Assembly (NCBI GenBank): GCA_965237415.1
Contig: CBDEFM010000001.1
Span: forward strand, 649,357-713,356
Direction: 5' to 3'
Source of the DNA: Alphaproteobacteria bacterium
GTDB taxonomy: Bacteria; Pseudomonadota; Alphaproteobacteria; UBA828
DNA: 64,000 nt
The notes under the pieces were generated by a model. That model did no database searches and was not told where the DNA came from. It worked only from the letters and a program-made list of their open reading frames with translations. Both the position numbers and the translations under genes were made by a program. Within the stretch, counting starts at the first letter, position 1, and each line of letters opens with the position of its first letter. Shown piece by piece: positions 43,021-52,430 of the stretch.

Positions 43021-44157
43021 TTACACCCCCCTCGGTATGAGAGATTGTTCACTAGCACTGTAGTGTAGGCACTCTTCTCTTTGTTCCTGCCAGAATTGAC
43101 CGCGCATCTTTCTCCAAGACTGAATTGCCCAGCCAGCAGCCATTGAGTAGACGTCGGGCAAGTCAAGGCTTCCATAGTCGTCCTGTCCCGCCTGGCCAAC
43201 TTGAGGGATAGCATCCCTCCAAGAGGACACACCGACGTGGGCGGTTACTATCCGTAAGGAAACCTTGACTCGCCTGTCTATACGCACTGGTGAGAGTCCT
43301 ACGACGACGAACGGAATTCCAGCGTTGGCCAGCGTGTCACACACCATCATCCGGTCGTCAGCGTCGTCCACGGCCACGAAAGTGAAAGTGGACTTTTCAA
43401 TGACCTCCTGCACGTTTTCAGGGCGCACCCTTACATTGTGGCCATGTACGTCCGTATGGATGAGGGAGTAAGCCTCCTGGAACCAGTGGGCCTTCGGCCT
43501 ACCGATCCAGACGTTCGGATCGAGGCCACCGGGCATGCGAAGTATGTTCTTGGGTTCAATGCAGTCGTAGTCCCATCCATGAACCTCTCGAGGGTCGGCC
43601 TTGACAACAAAATCTGCTATCCATGCGCCGACACCACCGAGGCCGACAATCGCCACACGCTCTTGAGCTACCAGACGCCTCCACTCCCTTGCTTCTGGCA
43701 GTTGGTCACCAAGCACATCGAACGTATAGGGACGAGGAGCTGGTTCCTCCCTTGACGCAGATTGGCCAAGGAACAGCGCATATATCTGCTTGACATAATT
43801 GTTTAGTGCTTCCCAAGCATCCTCATACTCGCGGCCTTTCAGCTTGATCGAAAGAACAAGGCTGGAATGAGCCCGTCCAATCACGCCGTTGGTCAACTCA
43901 TTGCCGGACCGGTCGTACAATCGTCCATCGGAGAGACCTCGTATATTGGCCGTGTGCAAAGCACCTTGTTGCCAGTCGTGGCTTGCTTTGAGTTCGTCCG
44001 TGTTTGATGCGGTGCCTACGCAGATGTGACACTTGCCTGCGATATTCGGCGCGACAAAACAAGGCACGCCCAATGCACTTATTTCCAAGTCTCGACGCTC
44101 AATTGTCCACCCACGTCGCTCCGCTTCACGGCGAGCCAGTGATTCATGCTCAGACAC
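43021..44157 (-). CDS. ThiF/E1-like adenylyltransferase with N-terminal (DUF6791-like) domain
   Basis: RVAIVGLGGVGAWIAD, D...KNILRMPG, FTFVAVD, GIPFVVVG. No C-terminal CxxC Zn motifs. Confidence 0.8.
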   Translation of the reverse strand: MSEHESLARREAERRGWTIERRDLEISALGVPCFVAPNIAGKCHICVGTASNTDELKASHDWQQGALHTANIRGLSDGRLYDRSGNELTNGVIGRAHSSLVLSIKLKGREYEDAWEALNNYVKQIYALFLGQSASREEPAPRPYTFDVLGDQLPEAREWRRLVAQERVAIVGLGGVGAWIADFVVKADPREVHGWDYDCIEPKNILRMPGGLDPNVWIGRPKAHWFQEAYSLIHTDVHGHNVRVRPENVQEVIEKSTFTFVAVDDADDRMMVCDTLANAGIPFVVVGLSPVRIDRRVKVSLRIVTAHVGVSSWRDAIPQVGQAGQDDYGSLDLPDVYSMAAGWAIQSWRKMRGQFWQEQREECLHYSASEQSLIPRGV

Positions 44158-44166
44158 GCACTTCCC

Positions 44167-44472
44167 CTAGGCCAGATATGAGTCGTCAATCTTGAACGAC
44201 AGTTCATCAACCACGGCCATTGGTTCATCCGATGGATAGAAAATTCCCTTTGTTCCATCTTTCGCCGTCCAGTTGATCCCCGGAAGATCACCTATGACGT
44301 GTCGATCCGGATCGAGTTTGTTCCACTGTTCGACCACTTGCGCAAAGCTAATTGTCGGCTTGTCCCACAGCACCGAGCGAGCATTGATGTAAATTGTGAA
44401 CTCCTTGATGATGTCCGTTGGTTCGATTTCGATGGGGATGGGTCCATCGCCGTTACCAGGTTCTTGCACCAT
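44167..44472 (-). CDS. Multiubiquitin-domain (ubiquitin-like, beta-grasp) protein
   Basis: FTIYINAR...TISFAQVV...SFKID pattern; GAGGAGG RBS; directly upstream of the E1-like gene. Confidence 0.7.
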   Translation of the reverse strand: MVQEPGNGDGPIPIEIEPTDIIKEFTIYINARSVLWDKPTISFAQVVEQWNKLDPDRHVIGDLPGINWTAKDGTKGIFYPSDEPMAVVDELSFKIDDSYLA

Positions 44473-44492
44473 GTTGCATTCCTCCTCGTTGT

Positions 44493-44918
44493 TTAGCTAT
44501 GTCTCTGTCCGTTTGCCTCTAGTGTTCTGCACGTAGGGCAAAGAGCATCCCCCGGCGGGCGGTCAAGTTGCTCAAGGAAGTTTGTCGTGGGCCACCCAGA
44601 GCAGTTCTCGACCCAATGCCACCAGCCGCCGAAGGCGGTCTGCTGTGCACGTCGATACATTCGAAGCTCCTTGCGCCCCGCGTGGGTCAACACATGCCGT
44701 CCTGCCGGTGTCTGAACCAGATGACCAACCTGTCGAATGGCGTATCTGATGATTCCGGCGCGAGAGGTCGTGGTCGTCACAGTGGAATCGGGGTCGATAT
44801 TTCGCGTCAAATCGGCGATGTGCTCGCCGATGGCCAGCATTGAGGCTAGGTCCGTCGCATTCGCCCGAAACGACAAGTTCGCTTCTTCCTTGAGGTCGTC
44901 GTCCTGCTTGTCCGCCAC
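44493..44918 (-). CDS. Hypothetical protein: possible ribbon-helix-helix N-terminus and C-terminal Cys/His (WHW...C...CPTC) module
   Basis: AGGAGGG RBS before GTG 44918; SRAGIIRYAIR; WHWVENCSGWP...LCPTC. Confidence 0.5.
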   Translation of the reverse strand: MADKQDDDLKEEANLSFRANATDLASMLAIGEHIADLTRNIDPDSTVTTTTSRAGIIRYAIRQVGHLVQTPAGRHVLTHAGRKELRMYRRAQQTAFGGWWHWVENCSGWPTTNFLEQLDRPPGDALCPTCRTLEANGQRHS

Positions 44919-45314
44919 CGGTTCCCTCCTGCATCGTTCGCCCAAGGATGTAGCACGTAGAAGGTTTATGTGCAACCCGGACGTACTAAGACGGACATTG
45001 GCAGACGTCGTAGTTCCAGGAAGGGGTCCATAGAGGCAGCCGCGCCGTGGTCCGTCTGAATGCGGCTCACGGCGAGGAACCGATGGTGGAAGATCGGCGC
45101 GGCAGGTAGGTAAGGCCGCGAGTGCAGTGGCAGCCCCACCCACGGCACGATTTGGCCGTCATTCTGGCCGAAGTTCACCAGCGTCCTCCTAAGGCTGCCC
45201 GCCGCGGAGAGGGCGGGGCGGGCCTCGCTGGGAGCGGGCCGGCGGTTGGGACTCCGGAGGGAGCGGTGCCGCCGTCTCTTTTTCGCCTGTTCGAAGCAGC
45301 ACGGCACGACGCAG

Positions 45315-45737
45315 TCAGCGGAGCACGGTACGGCTCTTCTTAGAGCGAGCTAGTTCAAGGAAGCGGGTCTTGATCCGTGCGAGCAGTCTTGGCGGGATGA
45401 AACCGTAGCTGAAGGTGTCCGGCTGACTGGGCAGCGGAGACAGCCCGGCATTGGGCCATTCATCGATATTGTGCTCCGACACGATCACCCAGCTCGGCGC
45501 GTCGTCGAGGCCCAAGGCCTGACTGACGCGCGCCGGGACTTCGATTCCCACGGTATCGCCCGCGGGCGGTGTATGGGTGATCGGCAGTAGAACGACGTAG
45601 CGCGGAAGAACCGCCGGATCGGCGGCTACCAGACAGGACGGACGGGTCTTGCCCTGGTCGTGACCGGCGGCGGCCTCATGCATCCAGAGGTAGTCGTAGC
45701 GGATGACCAGGCCCGGCTTCGGATCAGGAAGCGCCAC
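45315..45737 (-). CDS. PemK/MazF-like toxin
   Basis: PDPKPGLVIRYDYLW, GKTRPSCLV, VVLLPITHTPP, LGLDDAPSWVIVSEHN. Confidence 0.75.
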   Translation of the reverse strand: MALPDPKPGLVIRYDYLWMHEAAAGHDQGKTRPSCLVAADPAVLPRYVVLLPITHTPPAGDTVGIEVPARVSQALGLDDAPSWVIVSEHNIDEWPNAGLSPLPSQPDTFSYGFIPPRLLARIKTRFLELARSKKSRTVLR

Positions 45738-45950
45738 CCTTCGCTCCTGCGTCGTTCGTCGGAGGTCTTGTAGCACAGTGCAGTGACATGTGCAACAATG
45801 ACATACGACGTTGGGCGTAGACGCACGTGCTAGCGCGATCCAGTGCGAGTAGGATCCGCCGCGCCGTGGTCCATCTGGATGCCGCTCCAGAGGCAGTCGT
45901 AGCGGACGACCAGGTCCGGCTTCGGATCGGGAAGCGGCACCGCTTCGTCG

Positions 45951-46205
45951 TTACGTCAGCAGGTCATCGAGCGGCTTGTGCTCTACATCCATCTCGGCGC
46001 GCTCCACGGCGTCGATGACCACATCGGCGGCGGCGTCTGTGCGATGGCTGCGCTGTGCCGAAGCCCGAAGCCAGTCATATTGCTCCGCAGACATGAGCAC
46101 GAACTCGCGGCGCCCATGCCGGGTTATCTCCACCGGCTCGCGCCGCGCCTCGTGCTGGAACCGGCCGAACTTGCGCTGGAACTCGAAGGCGCTCACGGTG
46201 GGCAT
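45951..46205 (-). CDS. Phd/YefM family antitoxin
   Basis: VSAFEFQRKFG...EPVEITRHGRREFVLMSAEQY. Confidence 0.88.
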   Translation of the reverse strand: MPTVSAFEFQRKFGRFQHEARREPVEITRHGRREFVLMSAEQYDWLRASAQRSHRTDAAADVVIDAVERAEMDVEHKPLDDLLT

Positions 46206-46270
46206 GGCAGCCTCCCCAGGTAACAGGTACCTGCCGCAATATACGTATTATCCGTAGAGATGAAAGCGGC

Positions 46271-47443
46271 TTATGGCGCAGTAACGAGATCGTTGTCGAT
46301 GCTGTCGCCGATGCGCGCCGCGGACGCCTTCACGGTATCGCGGGCAAGGTGGGCGTACCGGGCGGTGGTCTGGACCTGGGTGTGACCGAGCAGTTTTCCG
46401 ATCATCGGCAGCCCTTCGCCAAGCGCCAAAGCCCGTGAGGCGAAGGAATGGCGGAGGTCATGAATTCTCACATCGGGCAGCTCGGCCCGCGCCCGGATGC
46501 GCCGCCAAGGATGCTGCAGATCGGTGAGGTTGGAGCCAGGCAGCTTGCCAGCGATCACCCAGTGATTGTTTTCGTCTCTGGGCAGACAGGCCAGTAGCCG
46601 CACGGCTGAAGGCGCCAGCGGTACGGCGCGGCCGCCCGTCTTGGTGTCGGGTAACCGCAACTCGCCGGCGTCCAGGTCGACATAGTCCCAGCGCAGCTTC
46701 TGGATCTCGGAAAGCCGGCAGCCGGTCAGCATCAGCAATCGGATGGCAACCACTGCCGAGCGGGTCTCGGAGCCGTCCTCGAGGATTTCATCCAGAACCT
46801 TGCCCAGGCGCTGGAATTCCTCGGCGCTCAAGAACCGTTCGCGCTTCTCCTCCTTGAACCGCTTGACGTGCAGGCAGGGGTTCGAGGCATCGGGGCGGAG
46901 GCCCCACACTTCGGCCAGGTTGAACATCTTGGACAGCACACCGAGCGTGCGGTTCGCCTGGTAGGGGGTCTTGCGCAAGCCGTGGTGTAACTCTGCGATG
47001 TCACTCCGCTGAACTTCGGTGACCTTGCGGCGACCGATCCTGGGATCGATGAAGAGTTCGACCGATCGTCGGTACTCATAGGCGGTGCTCGGTTTGCAGT
47101 GGGCGGGGACGTATTCCTCCAAAAAGCGCACGCCAAGATCCTTCACGGTCCCGATCTGCCGGTCTGCGTCCCGTTGCGCGGCCGGGTCGCCGCCGGACTT
47201 GACCTCGGAGAGCAGGGCCATCGCGCGCCGGCGCGCCTCTTCCGGGGAAATGGCCGTAACCGGTCCGAGGGTCATTCGGCGGACCCGACCGTTGGCGCGA
47301 AACTGGGCGACGAAGAACTTGCGGCCGGAAACCCTGACGCGCAGACCGAATCCGGGCAGTTCCCGGTCCCAGTAGAAGCGATCCGATCCGTCGCTCTCAA
47401 TGCGATCGATGACGCGTTTGGTGATCTTGATCTGTGCCGGCAT
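46271..47443 (-). CDS. Tyrosine integrase with N-terminal arm-DNA-binding domain (P4-like)
   Basis: FYWDRELPGFGLRV, LMLTGCRLSEI, KTG, IHDLRHSFAS, LLGHTQVQTTARYAHL (complete catalytic set). Confidence 0.93.
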   Translation of the reverse strand: MPAQIKITKRVIDRIESDGSDRFYWDRELPGFGLRVRVSGRKFFVAQFRANGRVRRMTLGPVTAISPEEARRRAMALLSEVKSGGDPAAQRDADRQIGTVKDLGVRFLEEYVPAHCKPSTAYEYRRSVELFIDPRIGRRKVTEVQRSDIAELHHGLRKTPYQANRTLGVLSKMFNLAEVWGLRPDASNPCLHVKRFKEEKRERFLSAEEFQRLGKVLDEILEDGSETRSAVVAIRLLMLTGCRLSEIQKLRWDYVDLDAGELRLPDTKTGGRAVPLAPSAVRLLACLPRDENNHWVIAGKLPGSNLTDLQHPWRRIRARAELPDVRIHDLRHSFASRALALGEGLPMIGKLLGHTQVQTTARYAHLARDTVKASAARIGDSIDNDLVTAP

Positions 47444-47660
47444 GGCGTTCCCCGCTTCCCTCTCCGCTGGGAAGCACCATATCACGCTGGGAATCCCATG
47501 GGAATCACCAGAATTCAAAACCGGGACGTTCGCGAGCGTCGACTGGCGAGTAATATGGCATTTGACGACACCACTAAGCTACTGTAATATAGCGGTATTG
47601 TCGTAGATAGGCGGTGGCCGGCGAAGCGAGGGTCGAATTGGCGAAGGCATCCGATACAAA

Positions 47661-47704
47661 CTCATAACCTGAAGGTCGTAGGTTCAAATCCTACCCCGCA
47701 ACCA
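47661..47704 (+). other. 3' fragment of tRNA-Met(CAT), probable att site
   Basis: CTCATAACCTGAAGGTCGTAGGTTCAAATCCTACCCCGCAACCA: anticodon loop, T arm and CCA end. The D arm and 5' half are absent. Confidence 0.88.
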
Positions 47705-47939
47705 AAATGCACAAGAGAAGTCCGCTTACGATCTAGATGGCCGCACTGCAAGCGCGTCGGGCTGAAGGACAGGGGCTGGTGCAAGCGGTCGGTCCGGCGG
47801 AACAGGTGATCGAGCAGGCTGGGGAGTGTCGTCGGGGCAGAAGTCGTGGACGCCGGCGCGTCGAAGATCGCGGTTCTGAGGGCCGGCAGACTGGGACCTA
47901 CGCGTAACCCGCTTACTCATGCCACGGGAATTGAGGCGC

Positions 47940-49112
47940 CTACAGGATATCCGCCGCAATGCTGACGGCGACCCGCTCGGCGGATTCCCTGATGGAGTCC
48001 CGCGCGAGATGCGCATAGCGCGCGGTAGTCTCGACCCGGCGGTGACCGAGGAGCCGGCCGATGATCGGCAGGCCTTCGCCGAGCGCCAGCGCCCTCGAAG
48101 CGAAGCTGTGCCTGATGTCGTGGATGCGCACGTCGCGGAGCCCGGCCCGCGCGCGGATGGTCTGCCACGCCCCGTCTATGTCGGTCATGTGCGTGCCCGG
48201 CTTGTGCCCCGGAATGACCCAGGGATTGCCGGGCTTGTGCGGCAGGGCTTGGAGAACCCGAACCGCCGCGGGCGACAGATGGACCTTGCGGGCGCCGGTT
48301 TTCGAGTCGCCCAGATGAATCTCGCGTGCATCGAGATCAACATGTTCCCATCGCAGCGTCAGGATTTCATTTCTGCGGCACCCCGTCAGCATCAACAGAC
48401 GGATCGTCGAGATCGCGCCCGCCGAAGCGCCGCCCTTGGTCGATACCTCGTCGAGAACCTGGCCGAGGCGTGTGAACTCGGCATCGGTCAGGAACCGTTC
48501 CCGCTTACGCTCGGGGTTCTTCGGAATTGAGCGGCAAGGATTGCAGCCTTCCGAAACCATGTCCCAGCCCTCGGCAAGGCTGTACATGTGCGACAGCGTC
48601 TTGACCGCCATGTTCGCCATCGACGGGGTCTCGCAAAGGCGCTCGTGCAGCTCCATGACGTGCCTGCGCTCCACCGCCGCCAGCGGCAGCTTGCCGAGCG
48701 TCGGCACGATATGGCGGTTGACGGTGCTGCGGGTCGTCTTCGCGGTCTTCGGCTTGCAGCGATGCGCGACATGGTCTTCGAGATAGCGCCGCGCCAGGTC
48801 GGCGATCGTCGGGCCGTCGGCGAATTTCGCGGCGAGCGGCAGGGGGACCGGGTCCTCGCCCGCCTTGACCCGGGCGATGATGAGCGCCGCTCGCTGGCGC
48901 GCCTGTTCGGCGCCGAGGACCGTGTGGCGCCCGACCGTCACCCGCTTCGGCCCCTCCGGCCCCCGCGCTTGGGCAACATAGACCTTGCCCCCGGACGGAT
49001 AGACCCTGATTCCGAACCCGGTCAGATCGCGGTCCCAGAACACCGTGTCGCGTTCGACGGCCAGTGCGGCCACCGTGCGGTTCGAGAGGGTCTTGTATTG
49101 CAACATCGCCAT
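47940..49112 (-). CDS. Tyrosine recombinase with arm-DNA-binding domain
   Basis: VFWDRDLTGFGIRV, LTGCRRNEI, IHDIRHSFAS, LGHRRVETTARYAHL. Confidence 0.93.
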   Translation of the reverse strand: MAMLQYKTLSNRTVAALAVERDTVFWDRDLTGFGIRVYPSGGKVYVAQARGPEGPKRVTVGRHTVLGAEQARQRAALIIARVKAGEDPVPLPLAAKFADGPTIADLARRYLEDHVAHRCKPKTAKTTRSTVNRHIVPTLGKLPLAAVERRHVMELHERLCETPSMANMAVKTLSHMYSLAEGWDMVSEGCNPCRSIPKNPERKRERFLTDAEFTRLGQVLDEVSTKGGASAGAISTIRLLMLTGCRRNEILTLRWEHVDLDAREIHLGDSKTGARKVHLSPAAVRVLQALPHKPGNPWVIPGHKPGTHMTDIDGAWQTIRARAGLRDVRIHDIRHSFASRALALGEGLPIIGRLLGHRRVETTARYAHLARDSIRESAERVAVSIAADIL

Positions 49113-49136
49113 CGCGTTCTCCCCGACCGACCGGCT

Positions 49137-50321
49137 TCACGCCGCCTCGACGTTTTCCGATATGAGGTGGGCGCCGATGCTGTCGCCGGTGCGGGCCGCG
49201 GCGGCCTTCTCCGCGTCCTGCACGAGATGCGCGTAGCGGGCGGTGGTCCCGACCTTCGAATGGCCGAGGAGCCGGCCGATCATCGTCAGGTTTTCGCCGA
49301 GCGCCAAAGCGCGCGAGGCATGGGAATGCCTCAAGTCGTGGATGCGAACATTCTCCAGACCGGCAAGCGCCTGGATCCGGTTCCAGTAGTAGGAAAGGTC
49401 CGGCAGGCAGGCGTCGGGCTTGCGGCTCCGGATGACCCAGGGATTGCCGTCGATCCGCTCGATGCCGTCGAGCACCTTCAGAACCGGCGTCGTCAGCGGC
49501 ACCATGCGCGGGCCGACCTTGCCCTCACGGAGCCGCAACTCGCCTGCCATGCGGTCCACGTCGTCCCACCGCAGGGTAAGGATTTCGGACTTCCGGCAGC
49601 CCGTCAGCATCAACAGCCGGATTGCCGCGATCGCCGACGGCCACATCGATCCGTCGGCTTCCGCTTCCCGCAGGGCCGCACCGACTTCGCGGTATTCTTC
49701 CGGCGTCAGGAACCGCTCCCGGGATTGCTCGGGGTATTGGCGTACCGCCCGGCAGGGATTGCGGTGCGGAGGCACCAGCTCCCAGGTCTGGGCCAGCGAG
49801 AACATCTTCGACAGAACCCTGACGACATGGTTGGCCATGGAAGGCGTGTCGCGGAGGCGATCGTGGAGCGCGATGACATCCTTCGACCCGACGTCCTTCA
49901 CGGCCATGGTCCCGAGCGCGGGAAGGATGTGCCTGTCGATGGCAACCCTGTACAGCTCGACGGTCTTCGGCTTGCAATGGACGGTCACGTAGGCGCGGAG
50001 GCTGCGCGCCGAGAGATCGGCGACGGTGGGCTCGGGCTGGGCCTTGGGCGGGAACGGGTCCTCGCCGCGCTTGATGCGGTCGATGACGGCCGCCGCTTCA
50101 CGCCGTCTCTCGTCGATCGCGATCCCGGCAAAGGGCCCCAGCGTCACGCGCCTGGGGCCGGCGGGTCCCCGGGACTGGACGACGTAAACCTTCCGGCCGG
50201 AGGCCTGGACGCGCACACCGAACCCGGCGAGATCCCGGTCCCAGAAGACGGCGTCCTTGCCGGTGACCGGCAGGGCGCCGATGCTGCGGGTGGTGAGTCG
50301 GAGGGTGCTTCTCTTCGGCAT
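49137..50321 (-). CDS. Tyrosine recombinase with arm-DNA-binding domain
   Basis: VFWDRDLAGFGVRV, LTGCRKSEI, IHDLRHSHAS, LGHSKVGTTARYAHL. Confidence 0.93.
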   Translation of the reverse strand: MPKRSTLRLTTRSIGALPVTGKDAVFWDRDLAGFGVRVQASGRKVYVVQSRGPAGPRRVTLGPFAGIAIDERRREAAAVIDRIKRGEDPFPPKAQPEPTVADLSARSLRAYVTVHCKPKTVELYRVAIDRHILPALGTMAVKDVGSKDVIALHDRLRDTPSMANHVVRVLSKMFSLAQTWELVPPHRNPCRAVRQYPEQSRERFLTPEEYREVGAALREAEADGSMWPSAIAAIRLLMLTGCRKSEILTLRWDDVDRMAGELRLREGKVGPRMVPLTTPVLKVLDGIERIDGNPWVIRSRKPDACLPDLSYYWNRIQALAGLENVRIHDLRHSHASRALALGENLTMIGRLLGHSKVGTTARYAHLVQDAEKAAAARTGDSIGAHLISENVEAA

Positions 50322-50479
50322 TGCGATTCCCCGGCGGTCCGATGCGGCCCGGATTGTGTAAGCAAACCGCAAACGAGCGGCATCAATCTGTGGGGGTATC
50401 AGAGCGTATGTTTGGCATTGACGCAAGGGGTGGGGAACGACGGGAGTGAAAATATCACCAAAGATAACAGTCTCTTAGG

Positions 50480-51307
50480 CTACGCATGGCACTCCAAGGC
50501 ATCGTTTGGCAACAGGCCGAAGATATAGCCTGTCTTTCTGTCGGGCAGGAACAGTCTGCCCTCGCGGTAGAAGCGCCATTTCAGAGTGACGATCTCGCCG
50601 GTGCGGCATCCGGTGAGCAGCAACAGCCGTATGATCGCCTCGGCCGGTGGGTACTCGGCTTCATGACGCGCAAGCACCTCGCCCAGTCGACGGATTTCCG
50701 CCGTCGAAATGAAGCGCTCCCGCCCCCGGCGACGATAGCGCTTGATACCGGCGCACGGATTGGTTCCCTCCGGCCGGTAGCCATAGACCTCGGCTTGGCG
50801 CATGATGACCGAGAGGACGGGAGCCGAGCGGTCCGCCGCTGCCGGGGTATTGTGGAGCGCCGCGAACCAGCGGCGAACGTCGCGGGCGGTGATGTCGCCG
50901 ATCGGGCGCCCCTTGAACCAGGGTAGGATTTGGTTGTGGTAGTAGCCCCGGTTAACCCTGAGCGTCGAGGGTTTCCAGTTTCGGGCGTAGCGCCGAAAAA
51001 CTTCGTCGGCGACCGTCTCGAACGCGGTGTCGGGCATCGCCGCAGCCTGCGTGTCGTGTCCTTCCCGAATTTCGGCCAGCATGGTCTTGGACCTGGCGCG
51101 GGCCTCGTCTGCACGGATGGAACCGGCCTCACCGACGATCTTCCAGACTCGCCGGCCGCGGTGCTGGCTGTGGACGAAGTACCGCTTGGCGCCCGAGGGC
51201 AGGACCCTGACGCCGAAGCCCTTCAGATCGCGGTCGCGGAGGTCGTAGGCGGATTTGCGCGCCTTGAGCGCGTGGACACGGCGCTGGTCGAGGCGAACGG
51301 TTGCCAT
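50480..51307 (-). pseudogene. Tyrosine recombinase, C-terminally truncated
   Basis: DRDLKGFGVRV, LTGCRTGEI, LPDRKTG, then divergence; lacks HxxR and the catalytic Tyr. Confidence 0.85.
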
Positions 51308-51485
51308 TGGATTCCCTCCTGCAGTCTGTTGCAGCCGGGGAGAAAACGCGGACCGATTCCGCGTCCACCGGCTAGAACAGGAGGAAAAAAGCAACTCTGT
51401 ATCAGTATGTTAGCACTATAGGTGCGCGACCAGGTGTGCGTTCAGGAGATCCTGCCGCCGGAGAGATAGACGGCGGTCAGCGCCG

Positions 51486-52403
51486 TCACGGCTCCACCGG
51501 CGGCGTCGGCTGGCGCCGCGCCGCGTGGATCAGCAGCGCGACCCCCGCCAGCATCAGCACGGCGGCGGCCCAAACGTAAGCGCTGTGGCTCTCGTTGAAG
51601 AAGAGAATGCCCCAGCCGAGGCCCGCCACCACCACCACATAGTTGAACTGCGAGAAGAACACCGGCCCGGCCGCGCGGACGATGATGAGGAAGGTGATGT
51701 ACATGGTGATGGTGACGCCGGCGGCGCCGAGGATCGCAAGGTCGGCGGCGGTGTCCGGCCCCGGCACCACATAGGTCTCGCCGAGCCCGATCATCACCGG
51801 CGCCAGCAGAATCGCGGCCGCCGCCACGATACCGCTCGCAAACGTCAGCACCGGCGTCTCCGGCGGGTCGATCAGGGCCGCGAGGTTGTTTGTCAGCGCG
51901 AAGGAGGCGGGCGCCAACAGTGCGAGCAAGAACCAGCCGACCATGCCGGGCTCGGGCAGGGAAATTGCGGGGATCGTCATGAGCAGGATGCCGCCCACCC
52001 CGCACAACACGCCGATCAGGCTGAGCGCGCGGAGCCGCTCCAGCCGAAGCGTCAGCGCGATCAGATAGGTGATCGGCGGCGAGAGAATCACCACCATCGA
52101 GAGGATGCCCGTCGGCAGCTTCGGCGCGAGCCAAGTCATCAGCGCGACGGGCGCGGCGATGCCGAACAGCCCGAGCACGAAATAGGCCTTGAGGTGCCGG
52201 GCTTCCAGCCTGGGCAGGGCACGCCGCCAGGCGGCGACTATCAGCAACAGGACTGCCGCGCCGAGGGTCTGCCAGAAGGTGAAGGCGACCGGCGGCGTGC
52301 CCGCCTCGACCGCGATCTTGTTCATCGTGAAGATGAGCGGATAGATCGCCCCGATCGTGAACAGCAGGAAGATCGGGAGAGAAAGCGGCCCGCGGCGCCG
52401 CAT
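51486..52403 (-). CDS. DMT/EamA family transporter
   Basis: About 10 hydrophobic segments; AAGPVFFSQFNY...WGILFFNE. Confidence 0.88.
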   Translation of the reverse strand: MRRRGPLSLPIFLLFTIGAIYPLIFTMNKIAVEAGTPPVAFTFWQTLGAAVLLLIVAAWRRALPRLEARHLKAYFVLGLFGIAAPVALMTWLAPKLPTGILSMVVILSPPITYLIALTLRLERLRALSLIGVLCGVGGILLMTIPAISLPEPGMVGWFLLALLAPASFALTNNLAALIDPPETPVLTFASGIVAAAAILLAPVMIGLGETYVVPGPDTAADLAILGAAGVTITMYITFLIIVRAAGPVFFSQFNYVVVVAGLGWGILFFNESHSAYVWAAAVLMLAGVALLIHAARRQPTPPVEP

Positions 52404-52430
52404 GGAACGTGAAGGCTGGAAGGCTAGAAG

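Noticed and set aside
47661-47704. Functional tRNA-Met gene
   Set aside because: Only the 3' half is present, and the acceptor strand looks one C short; treated as an att site.
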